This document shows positions 18,724 through 29,512 of a DNA stretch of 64,000 nt, in pieces (position 1 is the first letter of the stretch; every line of letters begins with the position of its first letter). The DNA is taken from the sequence record PP680568.1. One strand, given 5' to 3'. The translations under genes and the position numbers were made by a program. Source of the stretch: Enterococcus phage VRE9_2. A model generated the notes under the pieces. It had not been told where the DNA came from, searched no databases, and was given only the letters and a program-made list of their open reading frames with translations.

Positions 18724-21700
18724 TTAAGCTGCTCGTTCTGTTTTCAGAACAATACTTCCATCATCACGAGTTTCAGTAATTAATCCAATTTTTGGAGTTG
18801 CTGTATCATTATATGCTCTAGGAATAAATTGATCGTCACGTCTAAAACCAGTAATAAATAGTTTGTTTCCTCTTTCAAAGAAAGATTTTTCTACAACAGT
18901 TTTCTTTCCTGTTGATGTTCTTTCTGAAATTTGTTTATCCCAGTAAGAAAAATCTCCTTTGTACATTTTAACTAAAACAACAGTTCCTTCTGGAGTCAAA
19001 ACATCAATACTTGCTTTAACCTTATTTTTACCAATAATAGTTCCAACAATTCTATTCAATTTTAACTTAGAAAAACTTGCATAAGGATTAATTTTTTGTG
19101 CCTCTCTTGAAAGAAGCTCAAAATTATCAATTCCATATCTATCTACATCCACACAATTTAATTCGTGTTCTGTATAATAGAAGTTCATAGATTCCATTTC
19201 CCATCTTGCATATGAATCGTGACCACCATATGAATCAAATAATTCTAACATTTCATCAAAAAATATTTCTTCTAATAAAGACTCTTTATTTTCTCTTAAC
19301 CAATTTCTAACAGTATCCATTTTTTTATCATAAAACTTACTCCATCTATCTCGACTCATCACAGTCCAATAACGATCCTCATCACTAAACGTTTCAATAA
19401 ATTCATCCAAACCAATCGAAGATAAAAAGTTTTGCGCCCTATCATCGAGTCTAACAATTTGTCCGCTCTTGGTTAAAATTTCATTTATATAACGATTAAA
19501 CTCATAAATTCGTTTTTCTTCTTGTAACGATTCAGGGAATCTATTAATTTTCATAACTAATGGAACCTGTGTCATTGTGAGATTTTTTCTAAGTCCTGTC
19601 ATCATTTTAGCATATTTTGCTAAAGTAATTTTTCTATCAGAACTATCTATTTGTCTAAAAGCTCCTGCCTTAATTAATGTTAACATTTGCATTTTATTTG
19701 GATTTGTTTTTCTAACAAAATCTGCTAAAGAACTAAATGGTCTTCCTTCGAAGATTTTCTGAATAAATTCATAACCAATTCCAGTTAATGGTCTTAAACC
19801 GTAAGAAATAAAGTTACCTTCTACATTAGGAGAAAAGTTTGATTCTGATTTATTTATATCTACCATTTCTACTTTAATCCCATGTTTAATAGTATTTCCT
19901 AACGCTACCGCCATTTTAGAATAATCTGTTGAAGTTCCTGTTTCATCTCCTGAGTTGACAATCAAACAGCCACAGTTCCAATAAATAGATGGATAATGAT
20001 TAAATAAATTTAATTCTTGTAGTGCAATAATTGTATATCCAATTGTATGCAAAATTGAGAAACTATATCCCATTTGAACACTAACGGCTGAATCCCAAAT
20101 ATAATGAACAGTTTCATTTGAACATACTGCCTGTTCAAAAATCTTAGCTCTAAGCTCTGGAATTTTATCCATTAGTTTTTTACCAATAATTTTACGTGCT
20201 GCATTAGCTTCTGTTTCTGTAAAATTACAAATGTTTTCATCCATTAAAATCAACATTAATTCTTCCTGCGTATTTGGAACTCCATAAGAAGACAAGAAAT
20301 GTTTTTCTAAAATAGGAATTTCATCTGCTGGGATATTATATTTTTCTAATTCTTCATACCAAAGTTGAATATTTTCCTTAAATCTTGCATATTTTTCTAG
20401 CGGCATTTCACCATTTTCAGTTGCCATAAGTCTCATTAAAGAGTTCAATGCTGCTGCATCTTTTACATCTTCTGGTTTACCCTTCCTTACAGCTTCTTTT
20501 CCTACCGGTGTATCAAGCTGAAAAATATCCAAAACTTTGTTATCCCACGTTGGTTCCCACAATTCTTTACTATAATCTAATACATCAGGGTGTAATGTAT
20601 TAAAATACGTTTCTTTTAAAGAACCTTTCCATTCCATTCTATTATCTTTAATCAACAAATCCATTGTTTGACGAATTTTATCTAAAGCTTCGATGGACAA
20701 CATATCCATTTTTAATGCTCCCATATCATCGCTATCATGATAATCCCATTGAGTTACTTCTAAGTCGTTAGGAGTTTTCATCATAGCATTAATATCTGTA
20801 TAAGGATGATTAAAAATATAAACTCCTGAAGCATGAGAACCTCTACTTTTTACCATTCCTTCAATCGCTAAAGCTGTCTCTAAATAATTTTCATATTTAT
20901 TAATTTCATTAATAAATTCAGAAACTGGTTTACGACCTTTTTCTGGATTCCCATAAACCATATCTTTTAAATTCCAATCAAAACCACGTTCATTTGGAAT
21001 TAAACCACTTAAATAACTTGAAACATCATCGCTTATACCAAGTCCTCGTGCAGCAGTAGCTAATGCTGATTTTGCTTTTTCAGTTCCAAAAGTTGCAATA
21101 TTTAAAACTCTGTCATGTCCAAAAAAGTTTTTTAACGCCAATAAAATTTGTTCTCGCTTAGAACCTTGTGAATCTATATCAACATCAGGTAATTCTGGAC
21201 GACTTTCAGCTAAGTGTCTCCAGCTCATATCTCCTACATATGGAATAGGATCTACTTGTGTAACGTCCAACAACCAGTTTGACATAAATCCCATAGCTGA
21301 ACCACGAGATACTCCAACTAATGAATCTCCTTCGTCCCAAATTAATTCAATAATTTTTTGAGCTGTATTATAATAAGACGTCATAGGTTGTTTTAAACGT
21401 TCAGAAATTTTTACTAGTGTAGTAGCTTCAATTTCTAATTGTTCTAAATATCTTTCATTTAATACATTCCTAATTTCTAATTGGTTCAAACAAGTTCTGC
21501 TCCAATATAAATCTTGGTCTTCATCAGAATTTAGCAACATTGTTAAATATTTATATTTGCTTAAATCAATATTATTATATGTTTTGCTTAATTCTGGTAC
21601 ATTAACAGGAACATATGGAATTTCTTGCTCCTTAAACAAGGAATAATGTTTGATCCCACTTCTAATTTTTTCTAAGTTATCTAACATTTCCTGAAATTCT

Positions 21701-22578
21701 TCTTCTGAAAAATCTAATAAAAAATATTCCTTAACTTGTTCAGGTGGCATCATATAGGCAGTATAATAGAAATCATCAACTTCACGCTCTGCTTGCTTAC
21801 TATTCAAATAAGCTTTATGAATTTCTCTATCTGCTTCAGTAAGATAATGACTGTCTGTACTAAATACAACTGGAACATTCATTGCCTTTCCAAGTTTCCA
21901 AACTCTTCTATTTATATATCTTTGTTCTTCTGAAGTATTTGGAGCAATTTCTAAATAAAAATCTTCTTCACCAAAAACTTCTTGATTCCACAAAACAAAA
22001 TCAACAATTTTTTGTTTTTCTTCTAAGATTTTTTCTTGGTTAATTTTTTCTCCAAATGGAACTTCTTCTGCCGCTTTAATTTTCAAAAAAGCTTGAGCTT
22101 CAAAACTTCCAAGACAAGCTGTAGAAGATACAATATGTCCTTTTCCATTTTCCTGTTCCATAATTTCTTTTACTTGTTCACGAGTAATTGGAGTTCGTTG
22201 TAAGCCTCTATCCCAATAACTATTTTCCCAAGCTTTAGAAGACAACATTCTTAAAATTTTATGTCCTTTTTTGTCTTTTGCAATCAATAAATGATGATAA
22301 TATTTTTGTCCCATTTCTAAATCTTCGACTAAATAAATTTCATCTCCAAAACCAATTGTAAAAGATTCATGGTCTATACGACCTTCTTTTTCTAATTTAT
22401 CTCTATAATGCATTAATTGAGCGTGACCAGATAATCCTTCGTGGTCTGTTAAAACATAACCGCTTAAACCTAAATCTAAAGCATAATCAACTGATTGTTT
22501 AATATCATTAATTGAATCAGCGAATCCTAATAATGCATTACTAAAACTACTATGATTATGAATTGAATAGTATCCCAA
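18724..22578 (-). CDS. DNA polymerase III alpha-subunit-like replicase (DnaE/PolC family) with an N-terminal PHP domain.
   Basis: 1284 aa. The N-terminal PHP motif is GYYSIHNHSSFS...DS (H-x-H). Size and architecture match C-family polymerases. Confidence 0.8.
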   Translation of the reverse strand: MGYYSIHNHSSFSNALLGFADSINDIKQSVDYALDLGLSGYVLTDHEGLSGHAQLMHYRDKLEKEGRIDHESFTIGFGDEIYLVEDLEMGQKYYHHLLIAKDKKGHKILRMLSSKAWENSYWDRGLQRTPITREQVKEIMEQENGKGHIVSSTACLGSFEAQAFLKIKAAEEVPFGEKINQEKILEEKQKIVDFVLWNQEVFGEEDFYLEIAPNTSEEQRYINRRVWKLGKAMNVPVVFSTDSHYLTEADREIHKAYLNSKQAEREVDDFYYTAYMMPPEQVKEYFLLDFSEEEFQEMLDNLEKIRSGIKHYSLFKEQEIPYVPVNVPELSKTYNNIDLSKYKYLTMLLNSDEDQDLYWSRTCLNQLEIRNVLNERYLEQLEIEATTLVKISERLKQPMTSYYNTAQKIIELIWDEGDSLVGVSRGSAMGFMSNWLLDVTQVDPIPYVGDMSWRHLAESRPELPDVDIDSQGSKREQILLALKNFFGHDRVLNIATFGTEKAKSALATAARGLGISDDVSSYLSGLIPNERGFDWNLKDMVYGNPEKGRKPVSEFINEINKYENYLETALAIEGMVKSRGSHASGVYIFNHPYTDINAMMKTPNDLEVTQWDYHDSDDMGALKMDMLSIEALDKIRQTMDLLIKDNRMEWKGSLKETYFNTLHPDVLDYSKELWEPTWDNKVLDIFQLDTPVGKEAVRKGKPEDVKDAAALNSLMRLMATENGEMPLEKYARFKENIQLWYEELEKYNIPADEIPILEKHFLSSYGVPNTQEELMLILMDENICNFTETEANAARKIIGKKLMDKIPELRAKIFEQAVCSNETVHYIWDSAVSVQMGYSFSILHTIGYTIIALQELNLFNHYPSIYWNCGCLIVNSGDETGTSTDYSKMAVALGNTIKHGIKVEMVDINKSESNFSPNVEGNFISYGLRPLTGIGYEFIQKIFEGRPFSSLADFVRKTNPNKMQMLTLIKAGAFRQIDSSDRKITLAKYAKMMTGLRKNLTMTQVPLVMKINRFPESLQEEKRIYEFNRYINEILTKSGQIVRLDDRAQNFLSSIGLDEFIETFSDEDRYWTVMSRDRWSKFYDKKMDTVRNWLRENKESLLEEIFFDEMLELFDSYGGHDSYARWEMESMNFYYTEHELNCVDVDRYGIDNFELLSREAQKINPYASFSKLKLNRIVGTIIGKNKVKASIDVLTPEGTVVLVKMYKGDFSYWDKQISERTSTGKKTVVEKSFFERGNKLFITGFRRDDQFIPRAYNDTATPKIGLITETRDDGSIVLKTERAA

Positions 22579-22613
22579 TAAATATAACTCCTTTCATAAT
22601 TCCTTATATATTA

Positions 22614-22642
22614 ATTATATCATTTAAAATATAAAAAGTCAA
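22614..22642 (-). promoter_or_regulatory. Consensus early promoter TTGACT-17-TGaTATAAT, leftward.
   Basis: - strand reads TTGACT ttttatattttaaatga TATAAT. Upstream of the polymerase gene, whose RBS is AAGGAG. Confidence 0.6.
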
Positions 22643-22651
22643 GTAAAATAA

Positions 22652-23239
22652 TTACTTGACCAATTCATTATAATTAAAATAACATTTTCTACATACAGGA
22701 ATATATTCGTTGTCTCCAATTAAAATTTGTTCACCCCTATAAATAGCTTCTCCATTAATTGTACGTAAATTCATAGTTGCTTTTTTATCGCATAATGTAC
22801 ATACAGTTTTTAACTCTTCTAATTTATCTGCAAATTCTAACAATGCTTGAGAACCTTCAAATAAATTATTTTGAAAATCATTTTTTAAACCCCAACAGAG
22901 AACAGGAATATTTCCCTCATCTACTACTCCTGCTAAGGTAATTACCTGTTCTCTTGATAAAAACTGGGATTCATCCACTAGGATAGCATGGACTTTTTCT
23001 TTTTTAGCTTTTTCTAAAATTTCTTCTCTGCTATCATTTAAGTATTCTGCCTCAATATTAAAGCCAGTTCTAGAAACGATCTTTTTAAAACCGCTTCTAG
23101 TATCTAAATCAGAAGTATAAATTAATACATTTTTGCCTTGTTGAGCATAATTATAAGCAGTTGTAATTAAAGATAAACTTTTTCCTGAGTTCATAACTCC
23201 ATATTTAAAATATAATTTTGCCATTTTCATTTCTCCCAA
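22652..23239 (-). CDS. tdk: Thymidine kinase.
   Basis: P-loop GVMNSGKS. The C-terminal zinc ribbon CTLCDKKA...CRKCY is typical of type II TK. Confidence 0.85.
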   Translation of the reverse strand: MGEMKMAKLYFKYGVMNSGKSLSLITTAYNYAQQGKNVLIYTSDLDTRSGFKKIVSRTGFNIEAEYLNDSREEILEKAKKEKVHAILVDESQFLSREQVITLAGVVDEGNIPVLCWGLKNDFQNNLFEGSQALLEFADKLEELKTVCTLCDKKATMNLRTINGEAIYRGEQILIGDNEYIPVCRKCYFNYNELVK

Positions 23240-24408
23240 ATTCCACTATTTTTATCATAAGCTAATACTAATTTTTCCGAAGCTCTAGTAACCATTGTAT
23301 ATAACCATTTTCTATGATTTTTTCCATTTAATCGTTCCTCGATTCCTAAAACCTTAGAGTATTCACTACCTTGAGATTTATGTGTAGTAATACAATATCC
23401 ATAATCAATATAATTAACTCTAGCATCACCTTTTGCAAATTGATTTACAATATAAGATTTTTGGTTTTCTTTAATAAAAGGAAGCATATCATACTTGATA
23501 GAAAACTCTCCACCACCAAATTCTGGAACAAAACGAACTCGAGCGATTTCAATATCTTTTCCCATTGCATTCCCCATTAATTTTTCACTTTTAAATACAC
23601 CACTAGAAAAATTAACTTCGCCTAACATGCCATTAATAAGAGGAAATCCTTCTTCATTTAAAATATCCCAATTATTATTAGTTACAATAATTTTATCTCC
23701 TTCTTGAGGGGTAGGTGAAACAAAACCCTTAGCTAAACGAATTTCATCGTTGTAAAGTTTTCTTGTTACATTTCTTCCACACAAAACTTGGTCTGCCCAC
23801 AAAAGCATACCTACAGAAACTTCTTCTTTTGGAACCATTTTAACAAAATCATCAGAAAAAGGTTTTATAATTTCCCCTTCACGAATCATTTTAGATAATT
23901 GAATAATACTATTCCCTTCCTCTTGGCGCATGATTTCATCTAAGAAAATATGGGGATTTTTTAACATACCATTATCTGCTCCTACAGGAGGTAGCTGCCC
24001 TGGGTCTCCAAGCATTATAATATGAATACCTAAATCTGCTATATCTTTTAATAGGTCTTCTGGAACCATTGAAATTTCATCTATTAAAATTAATTTAATC
24101 CCCTGATAATTTTCAACAGGAAGCTTTTGATGAATAAAATTATTATTAATTTTGATAGACTTGTATCGCAATTTGTGTAAAGTTTGAGCTGCTGGGAATC
24201 CTGTTTGTTGAAGACGATAAGCTGCCTTACCTGTAAAAGCTCCAACCATATATTGTAATGGTGATAGCTCTAGTGCATTAATAATTTTTTTTGCTAAAAA
24301 AGTTTTACCTGTTCCAGCAAAACCAGCGATTGTAGTATAACGTTCTCCACTTTTATATCGTTCTACAGCAATTTCTAAACCTTGTTTTTGTTTACTTGTT
24401 AATGACAT
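23227..24408 (-). CDS. SF1 DNA helicase, RecD/Dda-like.
   Basis: Walker A GFAGTGKT, DExx LILIDEISM, and a C-terminal UvrD_C-like segment (TTHKSQGSEY). Confidence 0.7.
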   Translation of the reverse strand: MSLTSKQKQGLEIAVERYKSGERYTTIAGFAGTGKTFLAKKIINALELSPLQYMVGAFTGKAAYRLQQTGFPAAQTLHKLRYKSIKINNNFIHQKLPVENYQGIKLILIDEISMVPEDLLKDIADLGIHIIMLGDPGQLPPVGADNGMLKNPHIFLDEIMRQEEGNSIIQLSKMIREGEIIKPFSDDFVKMVPKEEVSVGMLLWADQVLCGRNVTRKLYNDEIRLAKGFVSPTPQEGDKIIVTNNNWDILNEEGFPLINGMLGEVNFSSGVFKSEKLMGNAMGKDIEIARVRFVPEFGGGEFSIKYDMLPFIKENQKSYIVNQFAKGDARVNYIDYGYCITTHKSQGSEYSKVLGIEERLNGKNHRKWLYTMVTRASEKLVLAYDKNSGIWEK

Positions 24409-24440
24409 TTAATCATTCCTTTTTTATTCATTATATTTAT

Positions 24441-24469
24441 ATTATATCATTATAAAAATAAAAAGTCAA
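24441..24469 (-). promoter_or_regulatory. Consensus early promoter TTGACT-17-TGaTATAAT, leftward.
   Basis: - strand: TTGACT ttttatttttataatga TATAAT. Upstream of the helicase gene. Confidence 0.6.
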
Positions 24470-24470
24470 G

Positions 24471-24600
24471 CTATTTACTTGACTTTTTATTTTGTTTAAT
24501 TTTAATTTGTTCCCAAGCAATTAAAGCATTTTTCATTTGACCTGGGTTACGAGCTAAATATTCTGAAACAAATTCTTTTTTAGTTATTTTACGTTTCATA
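24471..24600 (-). CDS. Small hypothetical protein (43 aa), not in the ORF track.
   Basis: ATG at 24600 with RBS AAGGAG at 8-nt spacing. Basic, Lys-rich peptide. Confidence 0.35.
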
Positions 24601-24749
24601 TCTATCACTCCTTAAATTTGTATGTATAGGGGGGGTGGGTTTTAGGAAAAGAAAAATAGGTAGAAGGTAAATATGGTTCAATTCAAAAAATAGCATGAAC
24701 CATATTTTTCTCCTAGATTAGCGTCCGTAGACGATAAAATTCTTTAATA

Positions 24750-26489
24750 TTAGAAAATGTATTTTTGTGCAGATTTCAATTCTAAATCTGCAACAAACAT
24801 TTGTAGGAACGTGCGACCTCTAAAAGTACTCATTTTAATAGTTCCAACTACATCAATTTTTGATTGCTGATTTTTCATGAGTTTTTGTGCTGTTTCAGTA
24901 CTAACGCCCTTAAACTTAATAAATTCCAGTCCCCCAGCAGAGAATGTTATCTTGTGGTTATCAAATTCTCCACCTACAACTATATCATCTTTTTTAACAG
25001 GGACGTCTCTTAAAACAAAGGTAGGCTCTTCTAAACCTTTTCCCCAGAATGTAGCATAACGAGTAATTTCTGTTAAATTTTCTTTAGACATTTGTTGCCA
25101 AGAAATATCAAAATCTACAGAATATATTGGCTCAAAGACAATCTCTGATAATTGTTTATTAAAATATTCTATAATTTCATTCTTTTTATCAGCAGCAAAA
25201 GCAAATCCGTGAGCTCCTTCATGACCTTCTGCGAATTCAAATAATCCACTTTCTTGCTCAAACCGTTTTAATTCTGGTAAATCAGACTTATCATCTCCAC
25301 GAGCCGACCCACCAAAAAAAGTTTTTCCATCTTTTTCAAAATACGTCCCTACTAAAGTTGGCTTTTTATATTTTGAAACAAATTGATTAGCAATTAGTCC
25401 TGTAAAGGTTTTTGGAAATTCATTTTTTGTATCTAAAATTAGAATCTGGTTGTCAGTTAATTTATTTTCTTCAATTTGAGTTTCTAATGAATTAAAGGCA
25501 TTATCTCTCAATCTATCTTGCCGAGCTTTAATATTATTCATTTTCCTAACAACTGCTTCATGGAATACTTCTGTATCTCCCTCTTTAGCTCCACGTTTTG
25601 TTGAAGGTACATCATAAGGTTTATCACTAACCATAGCTTTAGTAACTTCTTTTTTCTCATCCATCGTTCCTACTCGTGTTACTGCATTAATCATTGGGAC
25701 AATAGAAAAAGATAAACCAATCGGTGTTACTTGTCCTCCAAGATTAAATGACTTAGCCTTATATAGTGCTTTTAAAAAAGTATTGTGAATATTTCTCATT
25801 CCTTGTTGAACAATATAAATTGTTTCTAAAGTATTAATTTCAATCATATCTCCTACAATCCCAATAGCAGCAAGATCATAGTATTTTTCTGAGTGGTCGA
25901 AGCCATACATTTTATCATACAACGCAGCAAACTTTAAACAAACTCCTGCACCTGATAATTTCTTATTAGGGTAATCATCTAAAGAAATATTTACCATTGT
26001 AGCATATTCTGAAAATTTAGGAGCGTCATGGTGATCCAAAATTACAATAGGTATATTCAATTTTTCTACAATATACTTATGAACATCATATTCATTCGAA
26101 GAACAGTCAGGAGCTATAATTAAATCTACATTATGTTCCCCCATAATATCTTCCACTGTTTTTACAGGAATTCCATGTTCTTTGTTCTCTTGGAAAACAA
26201 TTATTATTCTATTTGTTATTTCTTCTTTATAACAATCTTTTAAATAATTATAAACAATAGCTGTAGAAGTATAACCATCTGCGTCAGGGTCTTGAATTAA
26301 TAATATTTTACCTTTTGAATTTACAATTTTGTTGTGAATAATTTCAGCAACCTCTTTCAAATTTTTTATTAAAAGAGGATCGTGTAACGCTGAATCATTT
26401 AATCTAAAAATTTTATCTGGGTTTATCCCTCTATTTATGAAAATGTTAATAATGTTGTCATCATTTTTTCCAATTAGTTGCGTTCTCAA
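24750..26489 (-). CDS. DHH-family single-strand DNA exonuclease, RecJ-like.
   Basis: DHH motifs LIQDPDADGYTS and ILDHHD. 579 aa. Confidence 0.7.
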   Translation of the reverse strand: MRTQLIGKNDDNIINIFINRGINPDKIFRLNDSALHDPLLIKNLKEVAEIIHNKIVNSKGKILLIQDPDADGYTSTAIVYNYLKDCYKEEITNRIIIVFQENKEHGIPVKTVEDIMGEHNVDLIIAPDCSSNEYDVHKYIVEKLNIPIVILDHHDAPKFSEYATMVNISLDDYPNKKLSGAGVCLKFAALYDKMYGFDHSEKYYDLAAIGIVGDMIEINTLETIYIVQQGMRNIHNTFLKALYKAKSFNLGGQVTPIGLSFSIVPMINAVTRVGTMDEKKEVTKAMVSDKPYDVPSTKRGAKEGDTEVFHEAVVRKMNNIKARQDRLRDNAFNSLETQIEENKLTDNQILILDTKNEFPKTFTGLIANQFVSKYKKPTLVGTYFEKDGKTFFGGSARGDDKSDLPELKRFEQESGLFEFAEGHEGAHGFAFAADKKNEIIEYFNKQLSEIVFEPIYSVDFDISWQQMSKENLTEITRYATFWGKGLEEPTFVLRDVPVKKDDIVVGGEFDNHKITFSAGGLEFIKFKGVSTETAQKLMKNQQSKIDVVGTIKMSTFRGRTFLQMFVADLELKSAQKYIF

Positions 26490-27643
26490 TATATATCATA
26501 CTCCTCTTCATCTGTTCCTATGGAATCCCATAGCTCTAATTTTTCTACAAAATTTTCATCTATCTCTTTGTATGTTTTTCGTTCTCCATATAATTCTGCA
26601 AAAACTTCAAAACCACAATCTACTGGAGAATCCTTATATCCCGAAATCATATTAGTATCTAAAATAAAACTTATTTTAATACCATCTTCATTCGTTCCAA
26701 ATCGCTCTTGTATTGTTTTAAAAATTCCTACTAAGTTATCATATTCTCTATCATACTTCATAGATTGAAATTGTCTATCAAAAGCAAAAATAATTTCTTC
26801 TACACCTAATTTTTTTAATGCTTCATACTGATGCCGTGAAAAGTGCATACCAAATGCTGCTACACCAATATTTTTTTTCGGAGATAATAAATCATCCATT
26901 TTCATAACCGATTTTTCTCCTTCAAAAACAATGGCTTTTCTTTCTCTTCTAATATTATTAGCATTAAAAAATAAACCGAATAAATAAAATGATAGTGGCG
27001 AAGAATATAGTATTCCTTCACGTTCAACAGGTCTATATTTTCCATATCGCTCTATCATTTCTTTATTAGCTATTCTTTGTCGTATACCTAATAAATTTCC
27101 TTCTTCGTCTAAATGAGGAAACATTAAACCAGTTGTCGCATAATTATATCTGATATTATATTTATGTTGAGTTTCTGCTGATATACCTTCTCGTTCCCAA
27201 TCATTTACAATAATTCTAGGATAACGTAAATAAGGTTTTTTGTCATAAAACATAAAACTTGGCTCTTGATATTCAATATCTAAATCATCATTATGCAACA
27301 TATCATTGTCGCCTAAAGTCATAAACTCTTGTGATTGAATATAAATATCAATAGCCTCTTCTAATAAAAGTTCTTCGTGATATTCATTCATATACATTTT
27401 AGACAATAATTCAAAAATATCAAATCTACCACAACCAGTGTAACAATTAAATAATTTTGTATTATCATAATAATAAAGTTTATGACTACCCTCACCTTTA
27501 TGATTATGACAGACAGTCTCAAAGACTAATTGGTGTTCGTCAACCCAGTTACCTTGAATACCTTGTCCTACTAAAAAATCATATACTTGTTGAATAGACA
27601 TTCCAGCTTTTATAGCATTCTTATCACGTCCATATTCTGCCAT
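26486..27643 (-). CDS. dnaG: DNA primase, DnaG-like (zinc-binding plus TOPRIM).
   Basis: Zinc-binding motif CHNHKGEGSHKLYYY...CYTGCG. TOPRIM-like EGEKSVMKMDD. Confidence 0.65.
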   Translation of the reverse strand: MAEYGRDKNAIKAGMSIQQVYDFLVGQGIQGNWVDEHQLVFETVCHNHKGEGSHKLYYYDNTKLFNCYTGCGRFDIFELLSKMYMNEYHEELLLEEAIDIYIQSQEFMTLGDNDMLHNDDLDIEYQEPSFMFYDKKPYLRYPRIIVNDWEREGISAETQHKYNIRYNYATTGLMFPHLDEEGNLLGIRQRIANKEMIERYGKYRPVEREGILYSSPLSFYLFGLFFNANNIRRERKAIVFEGEKSVMKMDDLLSPKKNIGVAAFGMHFSRHQYEALKKLGVEEIIFAFDRQFQSMKYDREYDNLVGIFKTIQERFGTNEDGIKISFILDTNMISGYKDSPVDCGFEVFAELYGERKTYKEIDENFVEKLELWDSIGTDEEEYDIY

Positions 27644-27685
27644 ATATCTATAACCTACTTTTTTAATTATTTTTTATACATTTAT

Positions 27686-27714
27686 ATTATATCACAATAA
27701 AAATAAAAAGTCAA
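27686..27714 (-). promoter_or_regulatory. Consensus early promoter TTGACT-17-TGaTATAAT, leftward.
   Basis: - strand: TTGACT ttttatttttattgtga TATAAT. Upstream of the primase gene. Confidence 0.6.
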
Positions 27715-27729
27715 GCAATTAGCCTGACT

Positions 27730-29325
27730 TTAAAAAGCACTTTTTCGATCATCTACTGTTTGATTACGACGCTTAACATTTTTTTCTGCTGCTTTTTGAA
27801 CTTTAATAGATGTAGCATCAATTCCAATAGGGATATTATTACTATCTGTAATAAATAAACCCTTACATCTACAAGTTCCCAAATCTACATCACACCACAA
27901 TTTAACACCAGCATATTTACCTCGTCGTACCTTATAAAAGCTAATAATATAATTTGGACGAAAATATCCTTGACTTACAAACGTTTCTACAGCTTGTTCA
28001 TCAATAGGTCTAATTTTAACTGCAATCATTCCTACATCAATACGATCCGCAATAGCTTTAGACCCACGAAGCAGATTTTGATTAAGTTCCCCCTCAAGAT
28101 AATCTCCATTTACCTGAGTTCCTGACTCAATAAAAATTCCTAGTTGATTTGCTAAATCTTTTAATTTAGTTGACAACATAAATAATACCTGGTCTTCACG
28201 TAATTTCATACCATTTGAAATAGAAGCAATTTCTGCTAAAAATTTCATAGATGTATGAATATAATCAAAACGGAAATATTTAACATCATGTTCTCGATAA
28301 TATTTTCTGATAGTAGCTTCAATTTCTGTAACGGAAAAATCTGAAATAATTTCAAAATACAACGGAGCTTCAGACATAATTCTAGCTCCTTCTCTTAATA
28401 CTTTTTCTTGGTCTTCATCAAATTTACCATCTAAAATGATATCTTCAGGAATTCCTGTAAGAAATGCTAATGCCATTGTTTGACATTCTTCTGAATCTAA
28501 CTCTGTAGAAATAAATAAAGAACCTTCTGCTTCTCCGTTGTCAACCCAAGCTTGTTTATGTTGGTCATAAATTACAGGAAAGGCAGAATAACAAGCTCGA
28601 GACATCATAATACGAGATTTCCCATTTCCTGTTGGAGCTGAGTACAAATAAAATTTACCTAACCGATCTCCACGAGTTATCGTATCCATCATTGCAATTG
28701 GGGAAGGAGAACCAAAATCTGGAGCTTCTTTAAAAGAATCAATTAAATTTAATAGACCTTCGCCAGCCTGAATGCTTTCAGAAGCTACATTACTTGCAGA
28801 AGTATCCATAATGTGTTGAATATTATCAGAAATTTCATTTGCCATATCCTTTAAAGAAGTATGTTCAAACCAATTTTGTTGATAAGCAATTAATTCTTGA
28901 TTCTCTGTGTCCCAATCATAAAATTGTTTTACAGACACTCCATTTTTCTCAAGAGAGCGAAGTAGAGTTAATTTTTTAATTGTGTCTAGGGCTGGTTCAA
29001 AAGCTGTTGGATCTCCTACTTGTGATAGTTTGTCAAAAAAATATTCTCCTTGTCTAGCATACTTTCCTTCAGCAATTTCTATCTCTTCGTCAAATAAAGT
29101 ATTAATTTGAGGACGACCCTGAATATAACTTTCTATGACGCCCAAACTAAATTTTGGATGCCCCATTGAATAGAGATTATACATAATAGCATAAGAAACT
29201 TTTTGTAACCCATCAACAAAATCAGCTTCATTTACTGCAGCCATCTTAGGATGGTCAAATAATGTTGGTTGTACATATAAAGCTCCTAATAACATATTAG
29301 CAATATCTTTGCGATAATACTTCAT
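27730..29325 (-). CDS. dnaB: Replicative DNA helicase, DnaB-like.
   Basis: N-terminal DnaB-like domain. RecA-fold Walker A SAPTGNGKS. 531 aa. Confidence 0.8.
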   Translation of the reverse strand: MKYYRKDIANMLLGALYVQPTLFDHPKMAAVNEADFVDGLQKVSYAIMYNLYSMGHPKFSLGVIESYIQGRPQINTLFDEEIEIAEGKYARQGEYFFDKLSQVGDPTAFEPALDTIKKLTLLRSLEKNGVSVKQFYDWDTENQELIAYQQNWFEHTSLKDMANEISDNIQHIMDTSASNVASESIQAGEGLLNLIDSFKEAPDFGSPSPIAMMDTITRGDRLGKFYLYSAPTGNGKSRIMMSRACYSAFPVIYDQHKQAWVDNGEAEGSLFISTELDSEECQTMALAFLTGIPEDIILDGKFDEDQEKVLREGARIMSEAPLYFEIISDFSVTEIEATIRKYYREHDVKYFRFDYIHTSMKFLAEIASISNGMKLREDQVLFMLSTKLKDLANQLGIFIESGTQVNGDYLEGELNQNLLRGSKAIADRIDVGMIAVKIRPIDEQAVETFVSQGYFRPNYIISFYKVRRGKYAGVKLWCDVDLGTCRCKGLFITDSNNIPIGIDATSIKVQKAAEKNVKRRNQTVDDRKSAF

Positions 29326-29326
29326 T

Positions 29327-29512
29327 TTAATACTTCACTCCACTCATATCAATAGTAATTGTTTTAGTTTTGTCTTCTTGTAAATCAGAAATAATTGTAT
29401 TAAATAGTTTTTCTGGATTATCTTTTTCTTTCCCTTTAATAAAAATTAACTCTACTTGATTTGTATCTATAGTGTTATCTTTTACGTAAATTTGAAAACA
29501 TTGCTCAAACAT
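29327..29512 (-). CDS. Small hypothetical protein (61 aa).
   Basis: ORF abutting dnaB. Confidence 0.35.
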   Translation of the reverse strand: MFEQCFQIYVKDNTIDTNQVELIFIKGKEKDNPEKLFNTIISDLQEDKTKTITIDMSGVKY

